From positions 123,374 to 170,131 of the forward strand of contig NMRA01000351.1 of the NCBI GenBank assembly GCA_002633005.1: a stretch of DNA of 46,758 nucleotides. Reading direction: 5' to 3'. The first letter of the stretch is position 1, and the number at the start of each line of letters is the position of its first letter. The stretch comes from Phoronis australis (Eukaryota; Animalia; Phoronida). Below the pieces are notes generated by a model. That model was not told where the DNA came from. It saw nothing but the letters and a program-made list of their open reading frames with translations, and searched no databases. Made by a program: the position numbers and the translations under genes. This document shows positions 23,530-35,149 of this stretch, one piece after another.

Positions 23530-25255
23530 TTACCTGTATACCGCGGTGTCATTGCTGCTGACCGTCGCTCGTCTTCATTTCTGCCCTGATCCAGTACGAT
23601 CTTCAAAACCCGGGCCTCCTGAGGTGGATCCATACCTCAGGTCTTGCGACGGTCATGTTGCCAGGTGTTACTTTTCTGCAGCCAGATGTATGCTGAAGCT
23701 GCTTCTGCGGCTGCTGAACAGGTCTTAAACCGCTCTTTCCGTGACGTCTTAGTAAGCCCCAAAATCTTCGCCATTCTCCATATGCTCTTGGTGGTAAATC
23801 TTCTACAGTCAAATTCCACCGGGATGTTGTAACACTTCCACCCACTGTCTGTGCACTGTGATACTGCAGTGTCTTCCTCTCGTTGGCTTCATCGACCATT
23901 GTCTTCCATGGCACTGTTAGCTCTATTATGGCCAATTCTTTTAGGCTGTCCGACCATAAAACTGTCAGGCCTCATTGCTGTAATTGCTATGTGTGTTGAG
24001 AAAACTACCCGAATTCCCAGATCTACCGTCATCTTCCAGTCGCTTGACTTGTGGAATAAACCCTGGTGATGATTTCCTCTTCCACTGCTGCTCTTTTTTC
24101 CCGCCCTCCTATCCATGTTCAGGATATGTGACAGGGCCTTCAGCAGTTGGTTATGCCGCCAAGTATACTTTCCCTCTGCTAATGCTGCTTTGCACGCTGA
24201 TAGTATGTGCTGTAAAGTTCCTGGTTCCCTGCACCTATTCCATCTGTCGTTTTCAGATTTCTCCTACAGACTCAAGTTCCTCGGCGTGGGAAGTTGATCG
24301 TACGCTGCTCTAAGCACAAAGCTGAGTCTCTGATTTTGTGATGACAGCAGATCCTTTGGAGTGATCGTCTTCTCAAACAGCCATCCCACGTCGTCCATTC
24401 TTTAAGCCCACCGCTATAGCAACTCTCCTCTCTTCTTCAGCAATGCGTATCTCCTGAAGCACCTCATCTCTACGTTCCTTTCCTTTTCTTACCTTCCACC
24501 TCTTCGCTGGTACGAAGCCAAGCCCTTGCCTACTCACACACACTGTTCCGGCTATATCCGTGTGCCACAGTCTGCTCTCTGCCTCTGCCACAGCCGCTGC
24601 TGCTTCTCACTTTGTACCTGCTGTGATCTTATCTCTGGCACTTTTCACCAAGCTATCCTTAGACTCCCGCAACCTCATCCATGCTCTAGCTTTCTCCACC
24701 TTGAACTCTTCTACCAGCGACCTTGTTGGTAAGACGACTGGTGCTAACTTACTGTATAAACCCACACTCGTAAAGCTTGGTGGTACTCCCAACCATTTCC
24801 TCAAGGCTGCGCTGACTTTCCTCTCCATCAATTCCACGGTGGTCATGGGTATGTTGTAGATACTCAGAGGCCATGCCAGTTTCGACTGCAACCTAAATTG
24901 GTAACACCACGCCTTATATCTTCCGGGAAGTCCACTTGCGTCGATCTTCCTCCGCCATCATACGCATGGTAGCCCAGCTATGGTTGGAATCCCTCAATGT
25001 GGTGTCATAATTCATGCCTAGGTATTTCAATGGCTTCTTGTCCAGAGATGGAATGGACTCACCGTCAATTCTGAAAGTATCACGATGGCTAACTCTCCCC
25101 TTTGTCAACACCAGACTCCTGAATTTGAGGACGTTGAACTTCACCAACTCCACCAACTTCTTCAGCACCCAATGCTGCTCCGCCTGTGAAGCTGGTGGTA
25201 ATGGTCAGGTCATCCACAGATGCTTTGGTCACTGGTAGTCTCGACCCTTGGAATA
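23530..25255 (-). mobile_element. 5'-truncated R2-group (Hero-like) non-LTR retrotransposon with restriction-like endonuclease
   Basis: Minus strand: KASVDDLTI (RT), KPLKYLG, KWLGVPPSFTSVGLY..LVEEFKV, AEAESRLWHTDIAG, a degenerate CCHC knuckle (WNRC..GTLQHILSAC), WRHN, MRPD and IIELTVPW..ERK..Y. Many frameshifts. Confidence 0.88.
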
Positions 25256-26969
25256 GTGAAATGTTAATTGCAAATGTAAAAAGAGTGGTTTTAGTACAAA
25301 AATGTGCTCTTGTTTGAAGTCGGGCATGCCATGTTCAAAGTCGTGTGACTGTCGAGATTGTGAACACGGTTTCTCAAGAAACAACATTTGATGACAATAA
25401 TGATGAATGTAGACAATGGAGTGGATGAACAAACAAGTGTGTGCTATGTTGTTAAAAAACTTTAAATTTGTAACCTAATGAAAAATATTTACATTTTATG
25501 TTCGTGGATGTCAGAACTGGAAGGTGTATCGTTCCCTGTGGCAGTTGACTATGAGCTGCAGTGAGGATAATGATAATTAATTGTGACAAATAATGAAAGT
25601 AATGACAGTGAATTCATTGCAGAAAAGTTGAAATGTGTGTTGTTAATATGTAGGTTGTGATATAAAATCTTTATCAAGTTGCAAATGGTTAACACTGGTA
25701 TTGTTCTTCTGGTAGTTCAGAATATAGTAGTATGTTTTCTGGCCAACAAGAGGCGATGCTAAACATTTTCTACTTGTCTTTTTGAGCACTGTTCCACCTG
25801 TTGTCACAACATTTATCAATTTTCTCCTCCAGTAACTTCAAATGAACAAAACTTAATCAAATTATCATTCAATTTGGGTCTAGTGTTGTTGGTTTTTGAA
25901 GATGGCTTTTCTGTGCCAAATTTTGCAAAAAGTCCGATTTTTTAGGTCAAATTTCTCGAAAAAGTGCAAGTCAAACCTTGGGAACCTTTTTGATTATTAA
26001 AGTATAGTACTTAATGACCTTAAAAACACCAAAATTATCTTGCCCCCAAAAAGTAGCCACGGAAGTGATTTTCTAGGCTTCCTAGAGTCAAATGGACTAT
26101 GGCCTACTGCAAGTAAGCGCTAGTTCTAAGTTCAGATCGAGTCGACCTGATGTAGAACGGGTCTAGGGGGTCGAGGGGATTTTAGAACGATCCAGATTTA
26201 AGCTTCAGCAGGGTCACCCGTGCCGGTTAGGTCAAAAGGTGGAAATTAGACTAAACACACGCCGTCATCTCGTTATTTTCGGCTTGGAGTCTGATCAACC
26301 ACCTTCTCCTGGCTGGACAGTCTTGACCAAACAGGCTGTTGATGACTTCAGTCGGAAACCCCATGCACGCTTGGATAGGCGGCAGAGAATAACTTGGGGA
26401 CGCAAGTTACTTGGTTCTGCTGCACTTCTCTCTGGCGTCCAGCACCCGCCTCAACCAGGGTGACATGGAAAAACCGGAGGGCTGCACAAGCTAGGTTTTG
26501 AGTGCGAAACCAGCTGCGGCTGATAGGAAACAACACAAACTTTTGTTGGATAAAATTTCTGGGATAGACTGCGGCTCAGGAAGACCGATTACTCGGGCCT
26601 CGTGGATGTTGTGAACCCGTAGGTGAACTCCAAACATGTTTTATAGAAATGCGTTCTCGAAGTTGTTCCATACCCACCGGCTAAGCTTCAACAAACCAGA
26701 CCTAAGAACGTTTCAATGTGGTTCATTTTAGGTGCAAATGGTGGCACCACAATGCTAACAGCTTCGCACTTTTACTCTTTAAAAGGAGAAATTAAGGGAG
26801 ATGAAGCGACTTCAGTAGAAACTCCAGAGACTGGAACTGCTGAGTCATCTCAGGGCACCAAGCGCCCTAAGGCTTCTGCCAGGGTCGAAGATGTTCATGG
26901 TGGAGATTTTCTTACTCCGATGCAGTCACCATCTTTGTAGTTACAAATGCAGGGGGTGTCCTCTTACTG

Positions 26970-27793
26970 AGAGAGAAAGAAACAAACTTTAATAAATCAT
27001 GTAAAAACATACATCGCTATATGACTGGGTGGCCAACAAAGACACAGGCTGCTAATAGCTGACCACAGAGTAACAATGAATTAAATAGATAATAACAACA
27101 ATTTAGAAGAACAACAAAGCTAACGAAATGTAAAATACATTTGCAATTAAATAAAATACCATGCAAGATTATTTAAAAAGTACGTAAATTAAATTCATTT
27201 TGCAAGAACTATGAATACAGGGGAAACCGCACGGTTAGAAAAGTAAAAGCATGTGTCTAATATGTAAGGCAGGTGATCACGATTACAATTACGACATGCA
27301 TAACAATATAAAACTTTGCGCTGACAGCTGTAAGTGCTTAATATTTAGATGGAGAATCCATATAAGCTATGCGTGTCGATTTTGTCTGTTACACATCTCG
27401 GTTGTTTATTGAATTTAGTAGTTTAAACGTTAATGAATTCCCACAACTTTTGCTGTTGCAAGTGGGTAGATTTAAGATGGGTTGCTGACAACATATTCCA
27501 GGGGGGTCTCCTGGTGACTGATGGAATTGGAAAAGATTTTTGTAATAAAAGTAAATGGGCGATTGGTTATGTTTGAATTTCTAAAAGAATTTTGGGCAAG
27601 CGCGGTTAAATATGTCGTCAGGAAGAAGTGTTCTGATTTCCCTTCAAATTGGTTCGGTGTGTGAAAATAACCAATAATTATTAACGTTTCTCACAGCTTT
27701 TTTCTGCGTAAGTGTAAATCTCGTGCAGTTCAATCCCTATAGTATTATGCCAAAATGTAGACGTGATAGTATAAGATCATTGTGTATCATCAG

Positions 27794-27845
<52 letters not shown>

Positions 27846-29250
27846 CAATACGCAGACGACACCTACAGTTTTGGCAAGTTTGTTAGAAATTTCTTGAACA
27901 TGCTTGTTTCAGCAAAGGTGACTGTCTACAAAAATACCTAAAATTTAGAAATATTCAACTCTATTAACATTTTCATTGCTAAACATTTGATTGGAGGGAT
28001 GTCACATGTGCTGAGTTTTTTCTGTGGAAATCGAAATAGAATGAATTTAATTTTACTTGTGTTGAGCGATAATTTATTGGTATTTAGCCAATCAAAACAT
28101 ATTGTAGAGTATTATTTATTCTCATAGTTTGATTACTGAGACTATGGTTTTGGCTAATACGGAAAAGAAATAACAGGCATGTATCGTCTGCGTACATAAT
28201 AAACTGGCAGGGCCTTGCTGGAGAAAATGATGTCATTTACATAGCTAAAAGTCCTAAAATAGATGCTTGTGGTACACTTATAGAAATGTCATGGTTGGAC
28301 GAAGGGACAGCATCGAGATAGACAAAATGTTTTCTATTTTCAAGGTAACTTTGAAACCAATAAAACCTATCATTAGAAAGCCCGCCATGTTTTATTTTTA
28401 GGAGGATATTGTAATCAGTGGTATAAGAGGCTTCAGAAAGGTGCATAAATATGGACATTGGGTTCAAGCCTTTGTCTAAATTTCAGTAGCCTCGAGTTCA
28501 GTGGAGTGGTTGGGTCTGAAACCATACTGGGACTTGCATATAAGATTGTTATGTGAAAAATAAGCATAGACTTGATGATGAACAATTTTCGTTCAGAGTG
28601 TAGAAAAGACAATGGTGTGTAGTTAACCCGTTACTGTTGTTGTCATTACTTTTATCAACAGGGTTTACCTTAGCTACCATCAAACCATCGGGGAAATAAC
28701 CGGGCGTAGGGATTGGTTCCTTATCATAGAAAATTGTTTGCATAAGAAGTTAGAATAGTTTTGATAAATTGACATGATAAGCTACCACTATCTGTAGTGG
28801 ATTGTGATTTTTTTATTTTAGTTCTTCATCATCATCAACGTTTTTAAAGTTAAATATAGAGACTGGGGAACTGCCAAGATAATTTTCAAAACGTTCATTG
28901 CATATCGGTATTTGAGAAGCCAAATTCTTTCCAATGCTAATAAAGAATTGTTGAAGAGGTCAGTTATTTTCTGTTGATCAGTGATGTGTCCAGATGCAGT
29001 AGAGGTGATAAAGTGAGGGAGAACAGTTCTGTAGGATTAATTACAATCATTTTCTTTTCTTTGATGACTTGCCAAGTTAGGCGTATAAAATATTTCTGCT
29101 ACTTCAACTGTTTTTGATACTACATACTTTTGGCTTTTCAATTACAGTATACAAGTCCCTTGTCATTTTGCAATTTTAATGAATAAATGCTACAAAAATG
29201 GAATCAGGATGTGTGGTTTTCCTTGCTTGTATAGATTTTGCCTCGCCGTT
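26970..29250 (-). mobile_element. Highly degraded CR1-group LINE (L2/Crack-like)
   Basis: Minus strand: GYFPDGLMVAKVNP, IFMHLSEASYTTDYNILL (degenerate FLDLSKAFD), WFQSYLENRKHFV, VPQASILG, MYADDT (about 28181-28197) and LTQKKAVRNV. The 3' end has ATTAAA and a short TC tail near 26970-26995. Confidence 0.82.
27799..27843. repeat. (TG)n microsatellite
   Basis: Perfect TG run of about 22 units. Confidence 0.97.
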
Positions 29251-31086
29251 TATTCATTTTAATATGCCCAATATACTAAGGGTGAGATTAGTTGGCTCAA
29301 CAAGGGACTGAACGTGCCGATGCTGAGGAAACATCCCTGCCAAGCGGAATCATCCCGTCTGAACAAAAGAATGCCAACACTAGCTGCACAGACACTTTTG
29401 AGTATCTCAGGCAGAAATGCCAGAAACACGGGGCCTTCTGAGACACACAGAAGACTGACTTTCACACCACCATGCTCCATGACATTTTCAAAGCGCCTGA
29501 GTGTGACATTGAAACTGAGGCTGATCAACATTATAGTAAATAGTTGCCTAAATATTTGCCCCGCTCGTCAAAGACTTCGCAGCCCTCTGCTCGATGGACA
29601 CGACATTTGAGAAGGAAATGGCCACATCATACAGGAAGATTGGAAAACTTCACCCATTAGAAACCCCTCGTTTAGTGGTTCACATGAGGAAGATTTCACC
29701 TATTAGAAACCTCTCGTAAAGTGATTAACGCAAGTCTTGGTCAGGTGATCAGTGCCATTGACCAAACTATTTGACGTAAGAACACCTGGGAAGAGTTCAG
29801 TGCTGTCCCGCGACAAGAAAAACCTACCCAAAATCTCGTGCTCTCCTTTAAAATACACGGAAGTATCTCGTGTAATCTCGCGAAGTCTTGCTTTTGAAGC
29901 GAAAACGTAGCGTTACTGAACTCTACTCTAGAGTATGTTTCTCGAAGAGACTGTATAGGCTTATTTTTGTCTTTTCACTGTATGTATGTTTTCGAAAAGT
30001 TAGATCATATTTTGTCGCATCTCGGTTGCCGAGCATCATAGCAACGACCGGAGAATCTTCGGCCAGCCAGGCTGTGTTTTCATTACTTTTTTTGTTAAAA
30101 GATGACGCATTTTTCTTTCCAAAAGGTGAGGGCCCTCAATCCCTCGATTTTGGTGGCGAATATCGGCCCTTTTTCCCTCTAAAAAATATTGAAAAATTCC
30201 CCGAAATTCTCCCACGAGGCCCTAAAATTCCCCTAGTGATTGAAAAGTTCTCTCACGCGAAGTTCAACTCACCTGTAACCACACAGGTGACAATTTAAAA
30301 GAGCACAAAATGCTACTTGAGACAGAGCCTGTGAGTGCTTGCAACAGGGCGGGGGTGCTATTGATGATGATCGGGAGGTAGATTTTCCCCTCACTCGACG
30401 AAAAAATCCCCTCTCATTTAGAAGACCCAGGCACCTTTCCCCTCGGATGAACGAGGCCCCTAAAGAAACATGATAACTATGCTTGCTTTGTCCAGTTAAC
30501 TGAAATTGAGCTCTAAAAACGAGGTTATGCTTTGGACGAACGAATTAGGTGTTTTAATTTTAAAGTTCAACTTGGTCCATTAAAAGTTGGAAATTGAATA
30601 TTTGAAACCTAACACATGAAATAGACGTAAGAATTGTTAAAACCAAGAAAGCAGAGATGATGGTCAAATAATTACTTGTGAATGTGTGCAAGGGAGTGAA
30701 TGAGAGCCTGGATATAATGCGAAAGCAATTTCTGGGGCTGTGCTCATTTTTATTTTTTTACAAAATTTAAAAAAAATTCAAATAATTTTTATTTTCAGTT
30801 ACGAGCCTGGTTTTTTATTTCAATAAAAATGTATCAGTTATTCTTTCAGATCAATAACAAATCAACTGTTAGTCCCGCTAGTCCCTACCTCACCAGGACC
30901 TAGGCTATGATTGATGTTAATATTCTTGATTAACAAATTAAACCAGATGTGACTAATTGCACATGGTAGCAAAATGCATAGAGCCACCACTGTCGAGTAT
31001 ATCTTTGACTCGTCAACAATACAAGCAGATGACCTGGTTCATGTAGAAAGCATTTTTATCAACAGCTTACAAGAAGGAACGTAACC

Positions 31087-31100
31087 NNNNNNNNNNNNNN
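31087..31100. other. Assembly gap (14 N) next to a poly-G run
   Basis: Run of n characters. The following 31101-31323 segment looks like the right part of a G-rich hAT-type MITE (ends ggctgggtgcgcgcatg). Confidence 0.95.
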
Positions 31101-33291
31101 TGGGGGGGGGCTCGAACCCCCATTTAGCGAAGTGGGCATAAAGGTCCGCCTCTGAGAAACAAAAAGTCCGAGAAAATGAGACAAAAGTCCACTAAACAAG
31201 CACAAACGCGCAATTCACAGCTGTGCCCCCGTTTCTTTTTAGTTCGCCTGCTTTTTTGTTACCAAGAGGTCCACAACGTCAGGAATTCGAGCCCACCCAC
31301 ATTGAAGGCTGGGTGCGCGCATGCTGCATTCAGCATAATACCTAATCCGTAACACTACGATCGCCGCAGTTTGGTTATATTTACTTTTCATGCGAACCTA
31401 GTTTCCCGAAAATATACTTATACCCTTTCGTCAGTCAACTCTTTGGTGCATTGACTTGCTCTCTAATGTATTTTTTACGTCTCTGTGGTTAATTATGGAG
31501 ACATTTTTAAGATTTAATATCCCGGTTGGACTCGAAAGACCGGCCATTTAACTCACGTAATGTCAACTTCCGCTTTGTTTATCGCAGTGAGCCTCGCTTT
31601 GGATTTTAATGTCTGCCGCGTGAATTAGGTCTGTGTGTGATGCTATCAAGCAGCATCACAGAGATGCCATGCACGTGAACGTGTGTGAGGAATGTTCTAC
31701 TTTGCATGGACGCAAATAAGTGTAACGGATAAGCTGATGCTTTGCCGCCCTGTAACTATAATATTGTCTACGAATTTGCCACTAATATGATGGACGGAGG
31801 AGCCTCGGTAGCGGGCCAAAGCCAACAGTTAGTGCTAACATTTTCACTTCTGACACGGCCAGAGAGAAGGCCTCTGGTACAAACTCTTTTCATGGTCTCT
31901 AGACCGATCTGCTATTCCTAAATAATTTGTCAGTATGGACTGTTGTGCATGCAAAATATGTGAATCAGTCGACACTTACTTTGTCCACGACAGCCGTTTA
32001 AGTCACCCGAGTACACCGATACCTATCACATGGTGGAAAGTAAGCCATTCTTCAAAGATGGCCGTGCTATTCGCAACGCTTATTACATTTAAGGAGGATA
32101 TTTTTAGCAAATTCCGCATTTTTTTTACTGATTTCATGTTTTTATTGCATTGCCTTAGATTTTCGCACACGCTTTGTGAAGAAGTAAAACGATTTGACTA
32201 ATGCAAGCTTGTCATTTTTTGATCTCATCTCTATCGACAAATTATAATGTTCATAAAATTGTTAATTGTTTATTAATGAATTGAAAGTGGCCTTATTGGA
32301 AAGTCAGGGTTTTTACTTTTTCCAAGTATAGATGATGAACATGAATATACTATCGACGCTTCTACCTCCTTTACAAAGATTTTGGGAGCTTTAAATTTTC
32401 AGCGCGTGGATAGATTTGCATATTTAAAGTAAGTTGATAGCTAAGCGAAATGTTCAATCGATTTGTTTTCAAACATTGGGATAGCAGTCGTGGGCATCGT
32501 TTAAGGTTATATACATGCTAGAACTTATCTTCAGGGAAATATCAGCACAATTGTGAAATATAACTGTCAAAGTAAAGATTTGCTGAAATTAAAAAGCCCG
32601 TCGAATTTGATTTTGTTACTTTATACCAATTTCTACAAACTGCCATTGAACGGGTTACATGAACGTGTCTTTTAAGGAGATTTAATCAAAAAGGAGAGGT
32701 ACGTTGAAAGCAAAACATTTGTAACATGACCAAATTTCGTTTTATATAAATTTTACGATGAAATCTCAAGAGCCCTGTAAAGAATTATTTCTAAATTATC
32801 ATTTCGGTTTCTTTTTATGCAGATTTTGAGTTTTTCATAAAATCACAGAAGTCCTATTCTATTACTCCTCTTGCAAAAATGGATCATTTTTACAAACATA
32901 CCACATAGCGTTTTGGATAACAGTGCCTAAATCACATTACCTAAAAGTTGCAGTTGAATTCGGTCAGCCATATCTGAACTAGCCGAAGTAGAACATTTTT
33001 ACAGTCGTGTGTAACCTTAAAAAGAGTATCATGTATAAACGATTACACAAACAACACGAGACTTCTGACCCGTAAAAACACATAACTTCAACGCGAATTT
33101 TACTGCAGCGTAAGATTTTTGTATGAATTCTATTATGCCCCCCTTGAATTTTTGTACTTTCCAGTAATTATCTTCTGGTTTCAGAAGTGGCTTGGCAGAC
33201 TAAAGAAGTAGTGCTTGATGCCTATATAGCCAGTATCTAAGAACTGACACGTGCATGTATAAGACTACGAGAAATTCGCATTACCTTGAAA

Positions 33292-34389
33292 ATGAATGTT
33301 GGAAATGAAGAAAAGTTTTCACTCCTCTTAACAGCGCGACTTCTCATCTGTGTTTCTGGTTACTGGTCTGAGTGGAAAGATGCGTACACAGACTGTGACG
33401 AGAATTGTTATATTTGTCAAGAAAGGTCGTGTCTCGGAGTCAACTGTGTTGGAAGCAGTACAAGAATGGCTTGGTGTCACAGACGCGTGGAATGTCGCAC
33501 AAAATATCCAGAAAACCTCGTACTCTCCGACGGTTCTTCTCAAAGTTCTACTGATAAGGGAGCGACTTCCAGCAGGGCGGTGGACGGGACATGGGATGGA
33601 AACTGGGCCAGTCACTCGTGTAGCCAAACGAAAGGGAATGAGATTGGAAAACCGTGGTTTCGAGTTCGTACTTCCAAGCGGTTGGTAATCAGATATGTTA
33701 TGATATTAAACAGACTGGATGCTGAAGATGGATTGAAGAATTTTGTCATTCAAGTTTTAAATGATGATTCCGTCATTGGGGCATGTACCACATACAACAG
33801 CACATCAAGTACAATGGGGAATATTCCCGCTCTTTTTACTTGTGATACTCAATTGAAAGGCAACGGTGTCAAGATCAGATTAAACACCCGCGGAATACTT
33901 ACCATATGCGAGATAGCGGTTTACACTGATGACCCAGGCTGCGTAGAACCTCAATTATTTGGCTACGATTACACGGGACCGGTACAAAGAACGTTATCTG
34001 GACAGACTTGTGTTAGATGGAGCTCGCCACGGAACTCGATTCGAAACATATTCAACTTGGACCATAACATGTGTCGTAACTTTGCAGGTTCCGGACACAC
34101 GAGACCGTTCTGTGTTGTTGAGGAAGGGAGCATGGAGGACTGCTTAGTCGGTGTGTGCCAGAATCGAAACGCTAGGATTAAATTTAGCTCCCAGTGCCTG
34201 GGCGGCATTCTTGGTATGTTCGGTGGCAAGCTGTTGTGGATCATTGTGGCCGTATCAAGTTTAATTATTCTCTCCCCCATTCTATATTGTCTTTGGAAAA
34301 GGTGCCACAGAAAGAAGTCGCCGTCAGATGATGCCAATAGAAATTTGGATCAGTGGAACGAACTGGACTCTTCCCTGTTTCCGAAATAG
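33292..34389 (+). CDS. Type I membrane protein, TSP1 - F-type lectin (FTP/F5-8C fold) - kringle - TM, paralogue 1 (365 aa from first ATG)
   Basis: Uninterrupted ORF. WSEW..C..C..QERSC..C.G (TSP1-like, 33361-33496). SSQSS..RAVDG..CSQT..PWFRV..NRLD..LTICEIAVY (FTP, about 33514-33924). C..GYDYTG...T.SG..C..W...MCRN...PFC...C....C (six-Cys kringle, 33940-34158). Hydrophobic LLWIIVAVSSLIILSPILYCLW followed by KRCHRKK. A possible 5' UTR acceptor ggtttcag| lies at 33184. Confidence 0.9.
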   Translation: MNVGNEEKFSLLLTARLLICVSGYWSEWKDAYTDCDENCYICQERSCLGVNCVGSSTRMAWCHRRVECRTKYPENLVLSDGSSQSSTDKGATSSRAVDGTWDGNWASHSCSQTKGNEIGKPWFRVRTSKRLVIRYVMILNRLDAEDGLKNFVIQVLNDDSVIGACTTYNSTSSTMGNIPALFTCDTQLKGNGVKIRLNTRGILTICEIAVYTDDPGCVEPQLFGYDYTGPVQRTLSGQTCVRWSSPRNSIRNIFNLDHNMCRNFAGSGHTRPFCVVEEGSMEDCLVGVCQNRNARIKFSSQCLGGILGMFGGKLLWIIVAVSSLIILSPILYCLWKRCHRKKSPSDDANRNLDQWNELDSSLFPK

Positions 34390-35149
34390 TAAAATACAGT
34401 ACACGCTGACTTACTTGGCATGGTTTTAAGCTCGTGCAATGTAAACATTCTGGCGCTACGAATTTCGTTCTAAGGTTTGTCGCTTATCAACCTGATACAA
34501 TTTTTCAACATACTTCAATTGGAGTTAAGCACAAGTTTGTAAGCCAGTTGCCTCCATATTCGGGCGAAAATTTGGACAAGTTATAACTTGAAAGTTTAAA
34601 TAAATCGTGTTAATTGATTGTTAATTGGTGGATGCCATAATCAATAACCCCTAACATTTTCATGTCTTGAATTGCATCACATTAGTTTTCGAGGTGATTT
34701 AGGTTGAATGAAATAGAGTTGAAACGGATGATGCACTCGCAATTTTGATGATATGTATTTCGCGCCCCCTTTTATGACTCTTTGGTAACTAAGACCAAGA
34801 TTGTGTAACTAAGACCAGGATTGTGTAACTTTGAGCTATTCCATGAGGGAATCAATAGAAATAAAAATCACTCTAAGGGTTATCTTTCAGATTCAGCTTA
34901 AACTTTGTGCATGTGATCGTGGTTTGGCTCTGACACAAAATTCATCAATTTTACACTTATGAAGAAAATGTCACGTTTTTGCATGCCGAAGAAAGTTTTT
35001 TCAAATACCAAAAGAGGTAGATTGTTTACAATGAGAAAAGACACATCATGAGATTACGAGGGGACACACAAGAACTCCCGAGTAATATTGATACAGATAA
35101 TTTCAATGCATCCATCACATGACTTGGGAAATAAATCTGGAGACACCTT

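Larger units (their letters stand above)
19571..26099 (+). mobile_element. Decayed, formerly autonomous Academ-like DNA transposon with nested insertions
   Basis: TAGTCC...GGACTA termini sharing the inverted motif tcac(c/t)tccgtggctacttttggg. Transposase remnants on +: CCIH...W (about 20200), LPQCIICHKSK...EKL (about 20650), IEQFVCKLYG..VNKARY..LPPNCDCLLLHAKRANYQ (23245-23397), PSPVG..WMTMPLAPENV, and VNCKCKKSGFSTKMCSCLKSGMPCSKSCDCRDC (25263-25361). No TSD recognisable. Confidence 0.78.

Noticed and set aside
27844-27865. QYADDT on the + strand after the TG repeat, like an L1/Tx1 RT motif
   Set aside because: No flanking RT motifs in frame; too short to separate from chance or a tiny fragment.
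29888-30480. 136-aa ORF and cccct-rich segment
   Set aside because: TTG start, no domain, and it overlaps a low-complexity repeat-like region whose ends could not be fixed.
33328-34337. Overlapping and antisense ORFs within the receptor genes (also 42236-43434)
   Set aside because: Shadow frames of the real CDSs, with no independent motifs.
34785-34830. 20-bp tandem duplication (also about 29632-29720 and 10567-10614)
   Set aside because: Ordinary local slippage duplications with no sign of function.
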